From positions 12,294 to 76,293 of IMG/VR virus record IMGVR_UViG_3300028048_000124: 64,000 nucleotides of DNA; one strand, given 5' to 3'. The position numbers and the translations under genes were made by a program. Under the pieces are notes generated by a model that ran no database searches, had not been told where the DNA came from, and saw nothing but the letters and a program-made list of their open reading frames with translations. Shown in pieces: positions 47,643 to 56,000 of the stretch. This stretch comes from a virus (lineage: Duplodnaviria; Caudoviricetes). Position 1 is the first letter of the stretch; every line of letters starts with the position of its first letter.

Positions 47643-48743
47643 TCAGAGCATCGTGGTCAAGAGAAGTTGTTCGTTGACTCCTTCGTCTTCGTCCGTGTCG
47701 ATGCCACCCTCGTCGTTATCTGGATGGTTGTTGTCCCTGACTTGGATGTTTGGCATATTGGTCCTGACCCAATCCCTCAATCTGTCCGCATCATAGAACT
47801 CGACTTGCACGAATTCGTGAGGTCCGCGTTGTGCGTACAACGGGCTTGCCTCGCCGTTTCTGAATAGGAACAACGTGAATCTGCCGTTTTCCAACTTGGC
47901 GATTGCGAATCCGTCATCCAACTCGCTTTCAAGGGTCATGTTGAATTGAGCCAATGCGTCTTCCAAGGAGTCCGCCTCGACCTGTCTCGGTTCTACTTGG
48001 ACCATTTCCATTTCCGGCTGTGCGGGCTCTTCGGGTTCGTCTACGGGTACCGGTGCGTCCTCGTCGTCTTCGTATTCGTCGTCGTAGTCGTCTTCGCGTT
48101 TCTCGATTCTGAGTCCGGCCAATTCAGGAACGGCTGTCGCCAGGTCAGCGGGTCCGTCCGGAAGGTATCCGATGTTGTGGTCAGGGGCGTTCCAGACATC
48201 GCATCCGCTTCCGGAGATGTGTGGGCAGATGCAGTATTTCTCGTCGCCGTTCTTGATTGCGATATAATATCCCTTGTATTGTGCGTAGTCGCCGCCCTCC
48301 AGGTATTTGTCGAAGAACTCCTGTCCCCTGTTTTCGTAACCTGGGTATCTGCCAGTGATGCACCATCTGGTCTGTGCGCCGTATTTGACGGCCGCTTCGT
48401 AGGTGGTGATGTGGTAGACCTTCCATTGGTCTCCGCCGTATTCTCCCTCGTAGACGAGTTCGGCACCCTCTTCGGCCGTGCGTCTCCTCTGCGAATTCGT
48501 GGGTTTGTTTTCGAGGTTGGATAGGAACGTCTCCAACTCGGCGACTGCAGCATCGCCTTCGTTGTTCTTCTTGCCAATCCAGTAACCCATGTCGTTCTCT
48601 GGTGCCCTCATCCTGTTCTTCTGGGCCTTGAATCTGGCCAACATGTCTTCACCGAAAGCACTGATGAAGTTGTTGTCCATCTGCCTCGATTCCTCAAGTT
48701 CGTCCCTTTCAAATGCCTCGTTTAACATTCTGAAATAATTCAT
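47643..48743 (-). CDS. PcfJ-like domain protein
   Basis: WKVYHITTYEAAVKYGAQTRWCITG; helical N-terminus shared with 29354-31357 (F..QKNR....D..YW). Confidence 0.65.
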   Translation of the reverse strand: MNYFRMLNEAFERDELEESRQMDNNFISAFGEDMLARFKAQKNRMRAPENDMGYWIGKKNNEGDAAVAELETFLSNLENKPTNSQRRRTAEEGAELVYEGEYGGDQWKVYHITTYEAAVKYGAQTRWCITGRYPGYENRGQEFFDKYLEGGDYAQYKGYYIAIKNGDEKYCICPHISGSGCDVWNAPDHNIGYLPDGPADLATAVPELAGLRIEKREDDYDDEYEDDEDAPVPVDEPEEPAQPEMEMVQVEPRQVEADSLEDALAQFNMTLESELDDGFAIAKLENGRFTLFLFRNGEASPLYAQRGPHEFVQVEFYDADRLRDWVRTNMPNIQVRDNNHPDNDEGGIDTDEDEGVNEQLLLTTML

Positions 48744-48756
48744 GTCAGATATCTCC

Positions 48757-49098
48757 TTACTTTGTCATGTCGTTGACGAACTTGACGGTGCTGTCGATGT
48801 AATCGCTCAACTGGTCGATGAACGCGTCCAAGTCAACCCCGGCCGCCTTGCAACTGGCCTTGACCGATGCGATGACCATCTCCTTCTTTTCCTTGCCGGC
48901 CTTTCCGGATTTCTCCGCTTCCTTGATTGCCGCATCAGCCATCGCCATAATCATCGCCCAGATTTCGGACGCCGATTTCTCCTTCATGGCCTTGATGAGG
49001 TTCTTGATTGCGAAGAACGCACCGATGCCGGTTCCGATTAATCCGCATAAGCCGGTGATTAATGCGATAAGTCCGTTCGCTGTAGTAATCCAATCCAT
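48757..49098 (-). CDS. holin (single-TM, LL-H-like)
   Basis: N-terminal hydrophobic helix GLIALITGLCGLIGTGIGAFFAI, then AIKEAE..G..G.EKKEMV. Confidence 0.65.
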   Translation of the reverse strand: MDWITTANGLIALITGLCGLIGTGIGAFFAIKNLIKAMKEKSASEIWAMIMAMADAAIKEAEKSGKAGKEKKEMVIASVKASCKAAGVDLDAFIDQLSDYIDSTVKFVNDMTK

Positions 49099-49115
49099 AT
49101 TCGTTCTCCTTTACC

Positions 49116-49568
49116 TTACTTCTTGGTTTCGTTTAACCTTTGTCTAGGTCTTGGTTTAGGTTTTGGCGTCTCATCCATCTGCATCACCGTGTCGTGCATG
49201 CTGTCGGCGACGCCGTTTTTACCCAGGTTATGATACGACCAGTAGATTGAATCGTAATCCCTTTTATCACCTACGGTGCAATATCCCCGTTCCTTGTATT
49301 CGTTATATAGGCGAACCAAGTCGACGTACAGGTCTTTCTGCAACCCGTTCTTCACGAGTCCCAAGTCGTTCTTTATGCATCCGACCTCTTCCTTCACTGG
49401 TTCCAGTTCGTCTCGTATGACTTCCCTGAATTCCTCCTGTCTGTCTTTCTTGATTTGCTCTATGTGTTTCTTGCTTCTGTGCTTTATTGACTTGTATATA
49501 TCCGCCACTACCAAGCCGATGAGCGAACTGCCGCCCAAGGCTAATAGGATTTGTAACCATACCGGCAT
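49116..49568 (-). CDS. lysis-cassette membrane protein
   Basis: N-terminal TM, coiled coil, and Y..RG.......Y..Y..YHNLGKNG motif common upstream of Firmicutes phage holins. Confidence 0.6.
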   Translation of the reverse strand: MPVWLQILLALGGSSLIGLVVADIYKSIKHRSKKHIEQIKKDRQEEFREVIRDELEPVKEEVGCIKNDLGLVKNGLQKDLYVDLVRLYNEYKERGYCTVGDKRDYDSIYWSYHNLGKNGVADSMHDTVMQMDETPKPKPRPRQRLNETKK

Positions 49569-49586
49569 AATCCGCCCCTCCCTATC

Positions 49587-49601
49587 TCATTTAATTTAGC
49601 A
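49587..49601 (-). promoter_or_regulatory. phage late promoter motif
   Basis: Exact copy upstream of the holin cassette. Confidence 0.75.
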
Positions 49602-49626
49602 TCGCGAAAACCGTCGCGAAAACATA

Positions 49627-49992
49627 TTATTCGACTATGAAGAATTTGCGCTTAGGCACCAAGGTAACTACTTGACTGGAGCCGTCAGCGTACTTCCTCT
49701 CCAACTTGATTGAATAATAGTATGTTCCGGTCAGAAGGTTCTCCGTGTCCTCGGGATTGAACCGGATTCTGATGTCGCCGTATTGGTTCAAATCATCCCT
49801 CTTATACGCTTTCCTGATGATTGCGTTCTCGAATGGCTGATTCGCCTCCATGACGCCGACGTAGACCGTATCGTCGTCGTTTAACGGATACCTCATCGGA
49901 ACCATCTTGGTCCCGCAATTGATAAAGAAGTTGAATTCGAAGGTGTCTCCCCTGTTGATTGTTATCAATTGATTAGATGAAATGCCTGACAT
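49627..49992 (-). CDS. BppU-N-like Ig-fold structural protein
   Basis: ITINRGDTFEF...L.PEDTENLLTGTYYYSIKL pattern. Confidence 0.55.
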   Translation of the reverse strand: MSGISSNQLITINRGDTFEFNFFINCGTKMVPMRYPLNDDDTVYVGVMEANQPFENAIIRKAYKRDDLNQYGDIRIRFNPEDTENLLTGTYYYSIKLERKYADGSSQVVTLVPKRKFFIVE

Positions 49993-51617
49993 TATTCCTC
50001 TCCTCCTTCATCCTCGTCCTCTTCCGGACCCCTGAACGTTTTCCTTTTGTTGTCGTATGTGAACAGATGTCCCTGTCCTTCCGGTTCCTCTTCCTGGACA
50101 CCCGGTTTCTTTTGGAACCTGTATTCGTTTCCCTTTCTGAACTTGCCCCTTTCATCCTTTCCGATGAAGCCCCTGTTAGTCGCTGCCTTCATCGTTTCCT
50201 TATCATCTAAGAACATTCCCTCGCCGCTGCCGTCCTCCTGGTCGAACAACGACAACTGAACCGCCTTGTCGTAAGGCATCCCGTAGATTTGCGGGAAGAT
50301 GTAATCGGCGTAATTCCTTTGCATGTAATCCTTGCAATACTTGACGTAGTTGTTGATGACCGACGCAATCTTCATGCACCAACTCAAATTGCCCAAGACC
50401 AGGTTGACGTGCTTGCATCCGGCACCTTTGTCATCCAGGTTGTTGGCCCCTATCGCACCGCCTTGTCCCTCCGGCTTAGGTGCGTATGTGGCACCGCCGA
50501 CCGCGCTGTCGTAGCGGCCCTGCTTTGCCCACCAGTCCATCCTGTATTTCCAGTCCGGGCAGGTGCAGGACACGTACACGTCTCCGGTGTTCAACGACTT
50601 CATCAACGATTTGATTACGGTGCTGAACTCGAACTTCATGTTGTTCCTCTTGACTTCGTCCTGTATGTTCTTCAGGATGTTCTCGAAAGTGACCCTGACG
50701 ACATAGTCGTCGGTCTCGCCGTGGACGTTGATGTCGAAGTCGAGTATATCGCCCTTCCAGAACGCGTTCATGTCGATTCTGTTGTAGTCCCTGACAGAGG
50801 TGGCTACACGTGAGTGAAGCCTTCTCTCCCATCTGTTTTTGCCTTTCGATTTATCGCCACGGTATTCGGCCCCGCCTTTTGATTTGTTAATCAAATCCTG
50901 CCTGGTTTTCTCAAGGAGCAACGATTCCGTGACCCTTGCCGGTTCCCTGATTCCGAGTTCCGCCAAGGTCTTGTTTCCGCCTTGCCTGTTAATTGGCATG
51001 ATGTGGTGGTCTATTAGGATGTCGGCAACCTCCTCGTCGTCCAACAACCTGTTGACCTTCATCTGTCCGGTGATAATCCAGGGGACGGTATCAGGTCTAG
51101 GATTCGTCCTGTATCTATAATAACCGTGGCTGGGTATCTTCGTCAAGCCTGCGAGCGAATGCTGATACCTGTCGCTTCTGTATGTCCTGACGTTTCCGTC
51201 GTCATCCATCTTGGTCCTCATGAACCCCTGTTCGTCGGACTCCGGTTGATAGTCGACGTCCATTGCGTATTCGCACTCGGCCCAAACGAAATCGGCTGGG
51301 AATTCAGGTTCCCCCGTTTCCTTGTTCTTTCTATCGAACTGAGGTGCCCTCGGGACATCGCCCAAGTGCCAACCGGGGCGATAGGAAAGCGTTCCGCTGC
51401 CGGTCGATTTGACCTGTTGCCTTCCGGTCTTCGACAATCCGGCCAACTCCCCTTCCTCGGCGTCAAGCCATACCCCGATGGGAGTATCCTCCCCGCCAGG
51501 ATTCGCTACCATGGGAGGATAGAGTTTTCCGTTCTTGACCCTGAAGACCTTGTATGCCACGCCCGTTTTTCCGGGTGCGTATCCGTCTTTCGCTTTTCTT
51601 TCCAGTATATCAGCCAT
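49992..51617 (-). CDS. two-module protein: RPGWH-motif domain plus SWIM Zn-finger domain
   Basis: AYKVF...KLYPPM...YRPGWHLG; linker VTESLLLE; SCTCPDWKY...GCKH. Confidence 0.6.
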   Translation of the reverse strand: MADILERKAKDGYAPGKTGVAYKVFRVKNGKLYPPMVANPGGEDTPIGVWLDAEEGELAGLSKTGRQQVKSTGSGTLSYRPGWHLGDVPRAPQFDRKNKETGEPEFPADFVWAECEYAMDVDYQPESDEQGFMRTKMDDDGNVRTYRSDRYQHSLAGLTKIPSHGYYRYRTNPRPDTVPWIITGQMKVNRLLDDEEVADILIDHHIMPINRQGGNKTLAELGIREPARVTESLLLEKTRQDLINKSKGGAEYRGDKSKGKNRWERRLHSRVATSVRDYNRIDMNAFWKGDILDFDINVHGETDDYVVRVTFENILKNIQDEVKRNNMKFEFSTVIKSLMKSLNTGDVYVSCTCPDWKYRMDWWAKQGRYDSAVGGATYAPKPEGQGGAIGANNLDDKGAGCKHVNLVLGNLSWCMKIASVINNYVKYCKDYMQRNYADYIFPQIYGMPYDKAVQLSLFDQEDGSGEGMFLDDKETMKAATNRGFIGKDERGKFRKGNEYRFQKKPGVQEEEPEGQGHLFTYDNKRKTFRGPEEDEDEGGEE

Positions 51618-51633
51618 CGCAATGCTATCCTTA

Positions 51634-51648
51634 TCATTTAATTTAGCA
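51634..51648 (-). promoter_or_regulatory. phage late promoter motif
   Basis: Exact copy. Confidence 0.75.
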
Positions 51649-51652
51649 ACAG

Positions 51653-51682
51653 AAAAAATCTACCGCTGTGACACGATAGATT
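51653..51682 (-). terminator. intrinsic terminator
   Basis: AATCTATCG/CGGTAGATT stem followed by TTTT. Confidence 0.6.
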
Positions 51683-51695
51683 GTATTTCCGGGAT

Positions 51696-52055
51696 TTAGG
51701 CGTTCAATTCCGCCTCTAACCTATTGATTTCCTCTCTCCAGGACTGACGGTCTGCCTTTGCCTTTTCGAATTCCTCTTCCGAAACCAAACCCTCAAGATG
51801 CTTGACGATTATGTAATCGGTATCAGCCAACTTTTTCTTGAGTCCTAAGATGATTCCGAACTTATGTGCGTGGTCCAATGCTTTATTGTAAGCCTCGTCG
51901 TCAACAACGATTTCGCCGTCAATAAACTTATCGAAACCGACATGAATCGTTTCTGGGTCATCAACCTCCACGATTGGCAATGACTCGTCCAATGGTGACG
52001 CAATCCATCCGTGGATTACGTTGTTCTCGTCCGTAAAAATGTTAACCTTTACCAT
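51696..52055 (-). CDS. tail fibre assembly chaperone-like protein
   Basis: LADTDYIIVK..EG....EEF......RQSWREEIN motif; follows a fibre gene. Confidence 0.7.
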   Translation of the reverse strand: MVKVNIFTDENNVIHGWIASPLDESLPIVEVDDPETIHVGFDKFIDGEIVVDDEAYNKALDHAHKFGIILGLKKKLADTDYIIVKHLEGLVSEEEFEKAKADRQSWREEINRLEAELNA

Positions 52056-52056
52056 A

Positions 52057-54318
52057 TTAATAAACTCCTAAAATCTGCGTGATGTAGAATTTGCCCTTCT
52101 CCGATGAGTCACCATATGTGGGATATGTGTACCACGATAGGGTTTGTCCGTCTGCGCTGCATGAGAACCTGATTTTGAATGGCCATCCGGCATCGCTATC
52201 GGAACCAAGGGCTGAGCAATATACCGACACGTCGGCAGTTCCTGCTGCGATTAACTGAGGCATCAACACGAATTCAGCCTGGTTAGGCTCGGATACACCG
52301 AACTTATAACCGTGGCAGATGATGAATTTGTATTTCGTGATTCTGCTCATCGCGATTGAATCCAACTTTCCGCTGTCGACCTCAAGCACCGATTTTGGTG
52401 CGTATGTGTTCTGGACGGTGGTCTTGTAGGTTTCAAGTGCCGTCGAGATTGCGTCCGCATATGATTTGTTTGCGACGTCGTTGTTTTCCTTAGGCGTACC
52501 CGACTTCAACACGACTTCGTTGTCGGATGTGGTATGGTATTCTGCGACAGCACCGTCCATAGGTGTAGTCGTCGCAATCTTGGTCGTCTCAACGTCATCC
52601 TTCGAAATGGCATACAGGAGGTCATGTTCCTCGGAATGCTGTTTCTTGTCTACCTTTTTCTCCAAACCATACAAAACGGTTTCGTTCAAAATGGTATTCA
52701 ATTCGTTAATCAACGATTGTAGATGCTCCTCGGCTGCCGCTGCCCTGACTGCCTCCCCAGAGATTGAGCCTGACAATTCGGTGTCCCTTGCCAAACGGGT
52801 CGACGCTTCGCTTTGGATTGCGACCGTTAGGTTATCGACCGCTCCGTTAACTTTCGTGTTAACTCTTCCTTCAAGTTCCGTGTCGGCTGCCTGTCTCGCC
52901 GTCTTTTCTGCCAAGACCGCTGCGGCCCTGTCCGTGATTTCTGTATCTATCCTTGCACCCAAGGTGGTGTCGGCGTTGGCCCTTAAAGTCGCTTCGGCAC
53001 CAACGGCTTGGGTTCTTGCTGTCTCTTCTGCGTGCACCAGTGCCTCTACTGCTTGGTCACAGGCGATTCTTGCCGTCTCCTCAAGGTCTATGTTATGTTG
53101 TAATGCAGAGTCTGCGGCGTCCCTCACCGATGCTTCGTGGTTGATTCCTGCCAATAGGTCAGCCTCTTTTCCCTGTGCCCTATTGATTTCTCCGGTTAGA
53201 TTAGTAGCAAGAGTGGTGTCTCCGGCATTTCTCAAATCCCTCTCATCCATGATTGAATTGGCGAGTGCCGTCTCGGCTGCCTGAGCCCTGTCCTCTTCGT
53301 CCTCGACGGCGGCGATTGACGCTGCGTCCCCGGCGACCCTCGCGTTCGTTTCGGTGTCGATTCTGGTTCCGAGTGCAGAGTCTCCGGCCAACCTTGATGA
53401 TGCCTCGGACGTGATGTTCAATTGCAAGGCGTTGTCGTTTGCGATTCTAGTGTTCTGCTCGTCAGTGATTCTCGTGCTCAATGATGCGTCCGCAGATGCC
53501 CTTGCCGACTCTTCGGCAGCCAAGTTGTCGCTGATTATTCCCTCTGCCTCTTCTGCCCTGGCCCTTTCCTCTCCGACCTTGGTTTCGATTTCTACGGTGA
53601 TTGCCGCACCGCCGTTCTCAAGTGCGGTGACCCTGTCTGACAAAGCCGAGTCCGCGGCCTGTCTTGCCGCCGTCTCGTCCGAGATGTATCCGGAAAGTTC
53701 CCTGTCTCCGGATTCCCTTGCGGATTCCTCCGCGATTAATCTGTTGGATAATGCCTCTTCGGCCAAAGATGCCCTTGCGGATTCGTCTGCCAAGTCACCA
53801 GACAACTCGGATTCGGCTGCCATGGCCCTTGTCTTCTCCGCCTCGACTTTGTTATTGGCGAACGATTGCAGTCCGCCCAACGCACAGAACAGTTTACCGC
53901 TGTCCAACGTGAATTCCAAGTAGAAGTCTCCGACCGCCAATCCCGATAAAGGAATGCCGGCGGTTTCGCACATATTCATAGCGACGCCCTTCAATGAGTC
54001 GCTGAATGGAATCTCGATTGATGAACCTTGGACGACTTCGCTGTCGCCGATGAAAAGTGCGTATTTCTTGGCGAATTCGGTCGTTTCAATTTCCCTGATG
54101 AAATAATCGTTGATGTTGATTCTCAACTCTTCGAAACCATTGTATTCCCTAATGGCCGAACCGTCCTCGATGAACAAGGATTTGGGAAGCCTGGTGAAAT
54201 CGACGGCAATGGTTCTCTTACCGTTGTCTACGGTGACCTTTGCGGAATCCGTCTTGACTCCCTCGTAGTCCACGTTAACTAAATTCCTATTTAATTCACT
54301 GTATACGTAATCTGACAT
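52057..54318 (-). CDS. coiled-coil tail fibre protein
   Basis: Long E..RA..AE..L heptad repeats (aa ~150-540); downstream chaperone gene. Confidence 0.7.
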   Translation of the reverse strand: MSDYVYSELNRNLVNVDYEGVKTDSAKVTVDNGKRTIAVDFTRLPKSLFIEDGSAIREYNGFEELRININDYFIREIETTEFAKKYALFIGDSEVVQGSSIEIPFSDSLKGVAMNMCETAGIPLSGLAVGDFYLEFTLDSGKLFCALGGLQSFANNKVEAEKTRAMAAESELSGDLADESARASLAEEALSNRLIAEESARESGDRELSGYISDETAARQAADSALSDRVTALENGGAAITVEIETKVGEERARAEEAEGIISDNLAAEESARASADASLSTRITDEQNTRIANDNALQLNITSEASSRLAGDSALGTRIDTETNARVAGDAASIAAVEDEEDRAQAAETALANSIMDERDLRNAGDTTLATNLTGEINRAQGKEADLLAGINHEASVRDAADSALQHNIDLEETARIACDQAVEALVHAEETARTQAVGAEATLRANADTTLGARIDTEITDRAAAVLAEKTARQAADTELEGRVNTKVNGAVDNLTVAIQSEASTRLARDTELSGSISGEAVRAAAAEEHLQSLINELNTILNETVLYGLEKKVDKKQHSEEHDLLYAISKDDVETTKIATTTPMDGAVAEYHTTSDNEVVLKSGTPKENNDVANKSYADAISTALETYKTTVQNTYAPKSVLEVDSGKLDSIAMSRITKYKFIICHGYKFGVSEPNQAEFVLMPQLIAAGTADVSVYCSALGSDSDAGWPFKIRFSCSADGQTLSWYTYPTYGDSSEKGKFYITQILGVY

Positions 54319-54349
54319 ATTTAGTTAATTCTCCTTGCCTTTGTGCCTA

Positions 54350-54364
54350 TCATTTAATTTAGCA
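54350..54364 (-). promoter_or_regulatory. phage late promoter motif
   Basis: Exact copy upstream of the fibre gene. Confidence 0.75.
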
Positions 54365-54445
54365 GGGAAAGTTCGGCCTCCATGGAATTAATTCACGTTT
54401 GCTTATGCCTAAATGATTGTTGTAGTTGATAGGTTCGTGTTTCAT
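54359..54445 (-). CDS. 28-aa small ORF MKHEPINYNNHLGISKRELIPWRPNFPC
   Basis: Manual translation; GGAGG SD 8 nt upstream. Confidence 0.3.
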   Translation of the reverse strand: MKHEPINYNNHLGISKRELIPWRPNFPC

Positions 54446-54448
54446 GGT

Positions 54449-54568
54449 TTAATCCTCCATTGTGTTAAAAACTAAAGAATGGGGCGATACCACGGGAGTA
54501 GTAGGCGTTGCCGTGCCTAGCACGGCCATAGCCGTGCCTGCACCGCCTATAATCAATTCGTCTTTCAT
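54449..54568 (-). CDS. 39-aa small ORF MKDELIIGGAGTAMAVLGTAT..., possible holin-like remnant
   Basis: Manual translation; GAGGTG SD; hydrophobic N-terminus. Confidence 0.35.
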   Translation of the reverse strand: MKDELIIGGAGTAMAVLGTATPTTPVVSPHSLVFNTMED

Positions 54569-54581
54569 TGGTTGCACCTCT

Positions 54582-55145
54582 TTAATCATCATATGTAATT
54601 CTTACATCACTATATAGCAACAATGGATGATAGAGATACGACGATATATTTGAAGTTGTTATTAGTGTGCCATCAAAACTTCGTAATGTTCCTGTGATAG
54701 AGGCTACACCACCACCAATACTTGTTAGAACAATAAATATTGCATATCTATATTGCTCCTTAGCCGGTAGATATGATAAATAATGATATCCAAATAAAAT
54801 ATCATCAACATTTCCTCCACTAGTTGATTCCTTATAGCCTAAATAATAAATCGGTCCACCAAATCCACCATTAGAAATATCAAATTTATAGGGAATATTT
54901 GGTAAAATTCTAAAATGATATTCATAACTTGAATAATTCAAGTCATCAATTACAACATTTCCTGTTACTCCGTTTATTGAGGTAACACCGCCACCGCCAC
55001 CGCCTTGCGGGGTTTGCCACGATAAATTGGTTCCGTCACTTGTGAGAACCTGTCCGTTCGTTCCGACGGTTGCGGGCAATTTGTCCGCTTTGTTTAGGAT
55101 GCTTTGGACTTGTGCCCCAGTTTGAGTCAATGTTGTGTTTGCCAT
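54582..55145 (-). CDS. fibre/decoration-array protein (LTQTG anchor plus variable C-terminus)
   Basis: MANTTLTQTGAQVQ shared with 59566; TVGTNGQVLTSDG fibre repeat. Confidence 0.6.
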   Translation of the reverse strand: MANTTLTQTGAQVQSILNKADKLPATVGTNGQVLTSDGTNLSWQTPQGGGGGGVTSINGVTGNVVIDDLNYSSYEYHFRILPNIPYKFDISNGGFGGPIYYLGYKESTSGGNVDDILFGYHYLSYLPAKEQYRYAIFIVLTSIGGGVASITGTLRSFDGTLITTSNISSYLYHPLLLYSDVRITYDD

Positions 55146-55184
55146 AAATTATTTTCTCCTTTTATGTTTGTCATTCAATGTAGG

Positions 55185-56000
55185 TTAATCGTTTGATAAA
55201 TAACTATATGCAGTGTTAGCCAGAATAATGTCATCAGAATTAACACGATTTGAACCAAGCGCAACAGCATATGCAGCGTCCGAGGTTACAATACGTCTAC
55301 TACTAACAGTTTTAAATCTGCCTTTATCATATGCTGTATAAACCCAAGTAAACCAATCCATACCAGCCTCCGCTTGATATGTATCCCCTTCAATTGTGAA
55401 CGAAATTAGTGTAACCGTGGTTACCAGATAACCGCCATCGCTGGTAAGCAACGCTCCGTCTCGAACGAGCAATGCGTTTTCAGGGATTGGTTCGGTCGCG
55501 CTTTCCCATATGAGCGAATTTCCGAGATATATTTTATTCACCTGTCGCGTGCCGAAGAACATATTGGCGATAGGGAGGTTGCCGATGGAGAAGGTGTTGG
55601 ATTGCTCTTGGATTTGCGTGGCATTGGCTTGAAGCCAAGAAATTAAATCACTATTAGTAACATCTTGCCCCCCAGTAATAGAAATAGTAGGTGGGGTAGA
55701 ACCTTTTATGTAAGTATAACCAGACGTTTCCGGGTCATAGACAGAATAATACCAACCTTCCCCATCAGAAACTTGACTATATAAGCCATCAGTAGAAGCA
55801 CAATAAAAACCACTTAACCCGTGCTCCAATAAAATCGTTTGAACAACCGCCCCCCTAAAAGAATAAGGTGACCTTAAAATAGTTCTTTCAACATTATCAT
55901 AAGAAGAAGTATAAGTAATATTAAAACCTTTGGTTGCACCAGCGGACGTGCACGTATCATTAAATCGCCACTTAGTACCCGTCAAATCGGTCACAGCCAT
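55185..56000 (-). CDS. fibre/decoration-array protein (TDLTGTKW, IYLG and beta-grasp-like modules)
   Basis: Paralog of 62949-63902; ends with the ISFTI.G.TYQAE module. Confidence 0.6.
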   Translation of the reverse strand: MAVTDLTGTKWRFNDTCTSAGATKGFNITYTSSYDNVERTILRSPYSFRGAVVQTILLEHGLSGFYCASTDGLYSQVSDGEGWYYSVYDPETSGYTYIKGSTPPTISITGGQDVTNSDLISWLQANATQIQEQSNTFSIGNLPIANMFFGTRQVNKIYLGNSLIWESATEPIPENALLVRDGALLTSDGGYLVTTVTLISFTIEGDTYQAEAGMDWFTWVYTAYDKGRFKTVSSRRIVTSDAAYAVALGSNRVNSDDIILANTAYSYLSND

